From positions 1 through 20,194 of the forward strand of contig JBGAQA010000112.1 of the NCBI GenBank assembly GCA_044220955.1: 20,194 nt of DNA. The letters run 5' to 3'. Position numbers and translations under genes: made by a program. Positions 17,037 to 20,194 of this stretch are shown here, one piece after another. Positions within the stretch are counted from its first letter, which is position 1. Each line of letters starts with the position of its first letter. Source of the stretch: Sandaracinaceae bacterium (lineage in GTDB: Bacteria > Myxococcota_A > Polyangia > Polyangiales > Sandaracinaceae). Under the pieces are notes generated by a model that saw only the letters and a program-made list of their open reading frames with translations, did not search any database and was not told the origin of the DNA.

Positions 17037-17386
17037 CGGCCGATCCCCGGACCGAGGTCGAACGCCATGTCGAGCATCCCGTCGATGACCGCGCCGTCGT
17101 CGATCGCCAGGCGCGCGGCCCGCACGTCGCCGCGCACGCGACCTCCGGCGCGCACCGTCAGGTCACGCTCGGCGATCACGTTCCCGACGAGCTCGCCCTC
17201 GATCTCGACCGAGCGCCCGCGCACGGGAGCGACCACGTTGGACGTCGGACCGAGGGACACGTCTCCGTCGAGCGCCACCTCGCCCTCGAGCACGCCCTCG
17301 ACGCGCATGTCGCCCTCGCCGCGCAGCCGACCCATCACGACGAGCCCCGCGCCGATCACACCCGCCCGCTCACGGCTCTCGCTCAT
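17033..17386 (-). CDS. Bactofilin (polymer-forming cytoskeletal protein)
   Basis: VIGAGLVVMGRLRGEGDMRVEGVLEGEV...VEIEGELVGNVIA...VRGDVRAARLAIDDGAVIDGMLDM. SD-like GGAAAGG upstream. Confidence 0.93.
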   Translation of the reverse strand: MSESRERAGVIGAGLVVMGRLRGEGDMRVEGVLEGEVALDGDVSLGPTSNVVAPVRGRSVEIEGELVGNVIAERDLTVRAGGRVRGDVRAARLAIDDGAVIDGMLDMAFDLGPGIGR

Positions 17387-17516
17387 TCCGACCTTTCCAA
17401 TCGCCCGCCCCGGCCCTACGAAAGGGCCGGCCGGGACCTACCTGAACGAATGAGGTGCGATCCCGCGCTCGATCAGGCATCGTGCGCACGCCGGCCCGGG
17501 ATCTGCTTCGTCCGGG

Positions 17517-17550
17517 AGCCTACTCGGCGCGGGTGCGCGCCGTCTACGCT
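17517..17550. promoter_or_regulatory. Back-to-back divergent -10-like hexamers between the bactofilin operon and gshA
   Basis: Minus-strand TAGGCT (17522-17517) and plus-strand TACGCT (17545-17550). Confidence 0.4.
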
Positions 17551-17570
17551 GGTTCCGCCCACAGAGACTC

Positions 17571-18917
17571 ATGGCCGATTCGAGCCCCGCCCTGCGCACC
17601 GAGGACGACCTCCTCGCCCCCTTCCACGCGGCGTGCAAGCCGCGCGCGCAGTGGCGCATCGGCACCGAGGCCGAGAAGTGCGGCGTGTATGCCGACGGCT
17701 CGGCCGTGCCCTACGAGGGCGAGCGGGGCGTGCGGGCGGTGCTGGCCGAGCTGGCGAAGCTCGGCTGGGAGCCACACCGTGAGGTCGACGGCGGCGCCAT
17801 CCTCGCGCTGACGCGGAGCGACGCCTCGATCACGCTCGAGCCGGGCGCGCAGCTCGAGCTCTCGGGCGCGCCGCTGCACACGATCCACCAGACCCGCGCG
17901 GAGATGGACGCGCACCTCGCCGAGATCCGCGCGATCGGCGAGCGCCTCGGGATCGCGTGGCTCGGCCTGGGCTTCCACCCGTTCGCGCGGCGGGAGGAGC
18001 TGCCCTGGGTGCCCAAGCTCCGCTACGGCGTGATGCGCGCATACCTGCCGACGCGGGGCGCCATGGGCCTCGACATGATGCTGCGCACCTGCACGGTGCA
18101 GGCGAACCTCGACTACGCGAGCGAGAGCGACGCGATCCGCAAGCTGCGGGTGTCGCTGCGCCTCTCGCCGATCGTCGCGGCGATGTTCGCGAACAGCCCC
18201 TTCGTCGAGCGGCGCATCACGGGCGAGCGCAGCCACCGCACGCGCGTGTGGCTCGACGTGGATCCGGATCGCTCGGGCCTCTTGCCCTTCGCGTGGGACG
18301 AGAGGCCCATGGGCTTCTCGCGCTACGTCGAGTGGGTGCTCGACTGCCCGATGTTCATGCTCAAGCGCGACGGGAAGATCGTGCACAACACCGGGCAGAC
18401 GTTCCGCGCGTTCATGAGGGACGGCTACCAGGGCGCGACGGCGACGGCGGACGACTGGATCACGCACGTGAACTCGATGTTCCCCGAGGTGCGCCTCAAG
18501 CGGACGCTCGAGATGCGCAGCGCCGACAACCAGATGGCCGACCTGGTGTGCGCGCTGCCCGCGCTCTGGAAGGGATTGCTCCACGACGAGGCCGCGCTCG
18601 CGAAGGCCGAGGCGCTCGTCGGCGGACTCGGTTTCGACGAGGCAAACGGCGCTCGCGAGGCCATCGCCGTGAGCGCGCTCCGCGCGAAGCTCGCCGGCCG
18701 CGAGGTGGCCGCGTGGGCGGCGGACGTGCTCGCGATCGCCGAGGGCGGCCTCGAGCGGATCGGCGACCGCGACGCCGCGGGCAACGACGAGCGCGTGCAC
18801 CTCGACGCGCTGCGGGCGCTGGTGGCGAAGGGGCAGTGCCCGGCGGACCGGGTGCTCGCGCGGATCGATCCCGCTGGGGATCTGGTGGGGCAGGTGATCG
18901 AGGCGAGCCGGCTGTAG
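17571..18917 (+). CDS. gshA: Glutamate--cysteine ligase (plant/alphaproteobacterial-type, GCS2 family)
   Basis: IGTEAEK, TLEPGAQLELSGAP, WVPKLRY..M, MMLRTCTVQANLDY, FANSPF, FPEVRLKRTLEMRSAD. Confidence 0.94.
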   Translation: MADSSPALRTEDDLLAPFHAACKPRAQWRIGTEAEKCGVYADGSAVPYEGERGVRAVLAELAKLGWEPHREVDGGAILALTRSDASITLEPGAQLELSGAPLHTIHQTRAEMDAHLAEIRAIGERLGIAWLGLGFHPFARREELPWVPKLRYGVMRAYLPTRGAMGLDMMLRTCTVQANLDYASESDAIRKLRVSLRLSPIVAAMFANSPFVERRITGERSHRTRVWLDVDPDRSGLLPFAWDERPMGFSRYVEWVLDCPMFMLKRDGKIVHNTGQTFRAFMRDGYQGATATADDWITHVNSMFPEVRLKRTLEMRSADNQMADLVCALPALWKGLLHDEAALAKAEALVGGLGFDEANGAREAIAVSALRAKLAGREVAAWAADVLAIAEGGLERIGDRDAAGNDERVHLDALRALVAKGQCPADRVLARIDPAGDLVGQVIEASRL

Positions 18918-18919
18918 AG

Positions 18920-18985
18920 GTCGACCTCGCTCTCGACCTCGACCTCGCTCTCGCTCCCGCTCTCGCTCTCGACCTCGCTCTCGCG
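18920..18985. repeat. Degenerate (CTCGCT/CTCGAC)n tract, 11 units
   Basis: In-phase hexamers start 2 nt after the gshA stop: GTCGAC CTCGCT CTCGAC CTCGAC CTCGCT CTCGCT CCCGCT CTCGCT CTCGAC CTCGCT CTCGCG. Confidence 0.92.
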
Positions 18986-19082
18986 TTCGATCCCGCAGAT
19001 CGATGCCGAGGGGGCGGCGCGGCGTTCACGCGACGGAAGTCGCGGTTCGAAGGACCGCGCTCCGCCCGCTCGGCCCCGAGCG

Positions 19083-19088
19083 TACACT
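19083..19088 (+). promoter_or_regulatory. -10-like TACACT, 6 nt before GTG start
   Basis: TACACT-cggagc-GTG(19095). Confidence 0.5.
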
Positions 19089-19094
19089 CGGAGC

Positions 19095-19514
19095 GTGACC
19101 GCGTTTGCTCGAGCGACGTTCGCGAAGTGGGAGCGGATCGGCATCCCGCGCGAGGGGCTCCCGAAAGCGCCACTCGACGCGTTCGAGCGGGACCGAGGCG
19201 TCGTGCTGCCCGCCTCGTTGCGCGCGCTCTGGCTCCTGTCGGACGGCACGGCGGCGATGGACGACGATGGGTTCACGTTCTGGCCGTTCGACAACATCGC
19301 CGACGACCCGTCTCTCGGGCCTCGGGCGCATCCGCAGGCGCACCTCGTGTTCGCGGACTGGCAGCTTCAGTCACGGTTCTTCGTCCTTCAGCTCGCCGAC
19401 GGGAGCATCGACGTGCTCGGGGCCGACGGCGCGCTCCGCGAGCGGGGAGTGGCGCTCTCCTTCGACGAGTTCCTCGATCGCTACGTGCACACGCCACAGG
19501 CACTCGTGCGCTGA
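19095..19514 (+). CDS. SMI1/KNR4 (SUKH superfamily) protein
   Basis: 'LDAFERDRGVVLPASLRALWLLSDG', 'FWPFDNI', 'LVFAD', C-terminal 'VALSFDEFLDRY'. Confidence 0.85.
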   Translation: MTAFARATFAKWERIGIPREGLPKAPLDAFERDRGVVLPASLRALWLLSDGTAAMDDDGFTFWPFDNIADDPSLGPRAHPQAHLVFADWQLQSRFFVLQLADGSIDVLGADGALRERGVALSFDEFLDRYVHTPQALVR

Positions 19515-19610
19515 GGGGCGACGGGACGCCGGCTCTGCCCCCGATCCCCGCGGAGGATCAGGCGGCCGCGCATCCGTCGCACGTGACGCGCGGTCTCGCA
19601 CCGGACCCCG

Positions 19611-19748
19611 CGCGCTCTCGCTCTCGCCCTCGCCCTCGCCCTCGCGCTCGCCCTCGCCCTCGCGCTCGCCCTCGCGCTCGCCCTCGCCCTCGCCCCCGCT
19701 CTCGCTCTCGACCTCGCTCTCGCTCTCGCTCTCGCTCTCGCTCTCGCT
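19611..19748. repeat. (CTCGCN)n hexamer tract, 23 units
   Basis: 138 nt of in-phase CTCGCT/CTCGCC/CTCGCG/CTCGAC/CCCGCT units, ending 1 nt before the stop of the minus-strand gene. Confidence 0.95.
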
Positions 19749-19749
19749 C

Positions 19750-20193
19750 TCACCCCGCGATCCGCGCGACCTCCGCGTCCGTCAGCTCGAACGGCCCTCC
19801 GTCGACACGCATCACGTGGATCGCGTCGTCCCCTTCCGCCTTCGCCGCGAGCACGTGCCCGTCGACGATCCACGGCCCTCCCTCGTTCGCGCCCACCACG
19901 ACCCGCACGATGCGCTCCGGCTCGCCCGCGCGCGTGAACGGATCCCGGTAGGCGATCTCCCGGTTCCCCACGTCCACCCCGCGCGCGAGCGCGACGCCGT
20001 GCTCGAGCACCTCGGCCCACGCCTCGCGGTGCGCGTCGATCGCGCTCGGCCGCCGGAGCGCGGCGCGGAGCACCACGGCGAGCAGCGCGACGAAGACCAG
20101 CGTCATCAAGCCGCCGAACGCCATGAGCGCGATCGTGCCGCCGTCGAGCGGCACGCCCTCGGCCGGGAGCTGTCCCACCGTGATGCCCACGAA
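19750..20193 (-). CDS. Hypothetical membrane protein, 5' end probably outside the window
   Basis: The frame is open to the window edge. One TM segment (IALMAFGGLMTLVFVALLAVVL) is followed by a small soluble domain. Confidence 0.65.
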   Translation of the reverse strand, partial: FVGITVGQLPAEGVPLDGGTIALMAFGGLMTLVFVALLAVVLRAALRRPSAIDAHREAWAEVLEHGVALARGVDVGNREIAYRDPFTRAGEPERIVRVVVGANEGGPWIVDGHVLAAKAEGDDAIHVMRVDGGPFELTDAEVARIAG

Positions 20194-20194
20194 C

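Noticed and set aside
17571..18917. gshA without adjacent gshB as a sign of an unusual thiol pathway
   Set aside because: gshA and gshB are commonly unlinked, so nothing can be concluded from one window.
19089..19094. GGAG as Shine-Dalgarno for the SMI1/KNR4 gene
   Set aside because: It is only 1 nt from the GTG, too close to function. The TACACT-N6-GTG geometry explains the start better.
19611..19748. Hexamer tracts as a CRISPR array or as RS/RA-repeat proteins
   Set aside because: There are no spacers, no 23-47-nt repeat-spacer periodicity and no cas genes. The ORFs crossing the tracts overlap real genes and lack start signals.
19095..20194. SMI1/KNR4 plus the neighbouring ORF as a toxin-immunity pair
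   Set aside because: The neighbour is convergent, has a TM segment and shows no recognisable toxin motif in the visible part.

Overview
Very GC-rich bacterial DNA. Gene content and lipoprotein style point to Myxococcota, probably Polyangia/Sandaracinus-like (inference). About 18 real CDSs are present. In order: the 3' end of a probable acyl-CoA dehydrogenase; a metallophosphoesterase coupled to a DOMON/CBM9-like lipoprotein; a divergent IPT/TIG lipoprotein + IgGFc-binding-domain lipoprotein pair; a DUF1517/FLAP1-like protein with an extra C-terminal Zn-ribbon; a 4x PPC-like repeat lipoprotein; a hypothetical/membrane Ser/Thr kinase/SDR operon; a LIP-family lipase lipoprotein; a two-bactofilin/pyrE/lipoprotein operon divergent from gshA; an orphan SMI1/KNR4 gene; and a partial membrane protein. 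No rRNA, tRNA, CRISPR array or transposase was seen. The strongest unexplained signals are non-coding: (i) a TANNNT hexamer 6-8 nt before the start codon of five genes (leaderless-mRNA signature), with two back-to-back divergent -10 pairs; (ii) four (CTCGCT)n-type tracts abutting stop codons, each near hairpins; (iii) an exact 29-nt direct repeat within two of those tracts bracketing the SMI1/KNR4 gene. All calls are from manual reading; no database searches were run.
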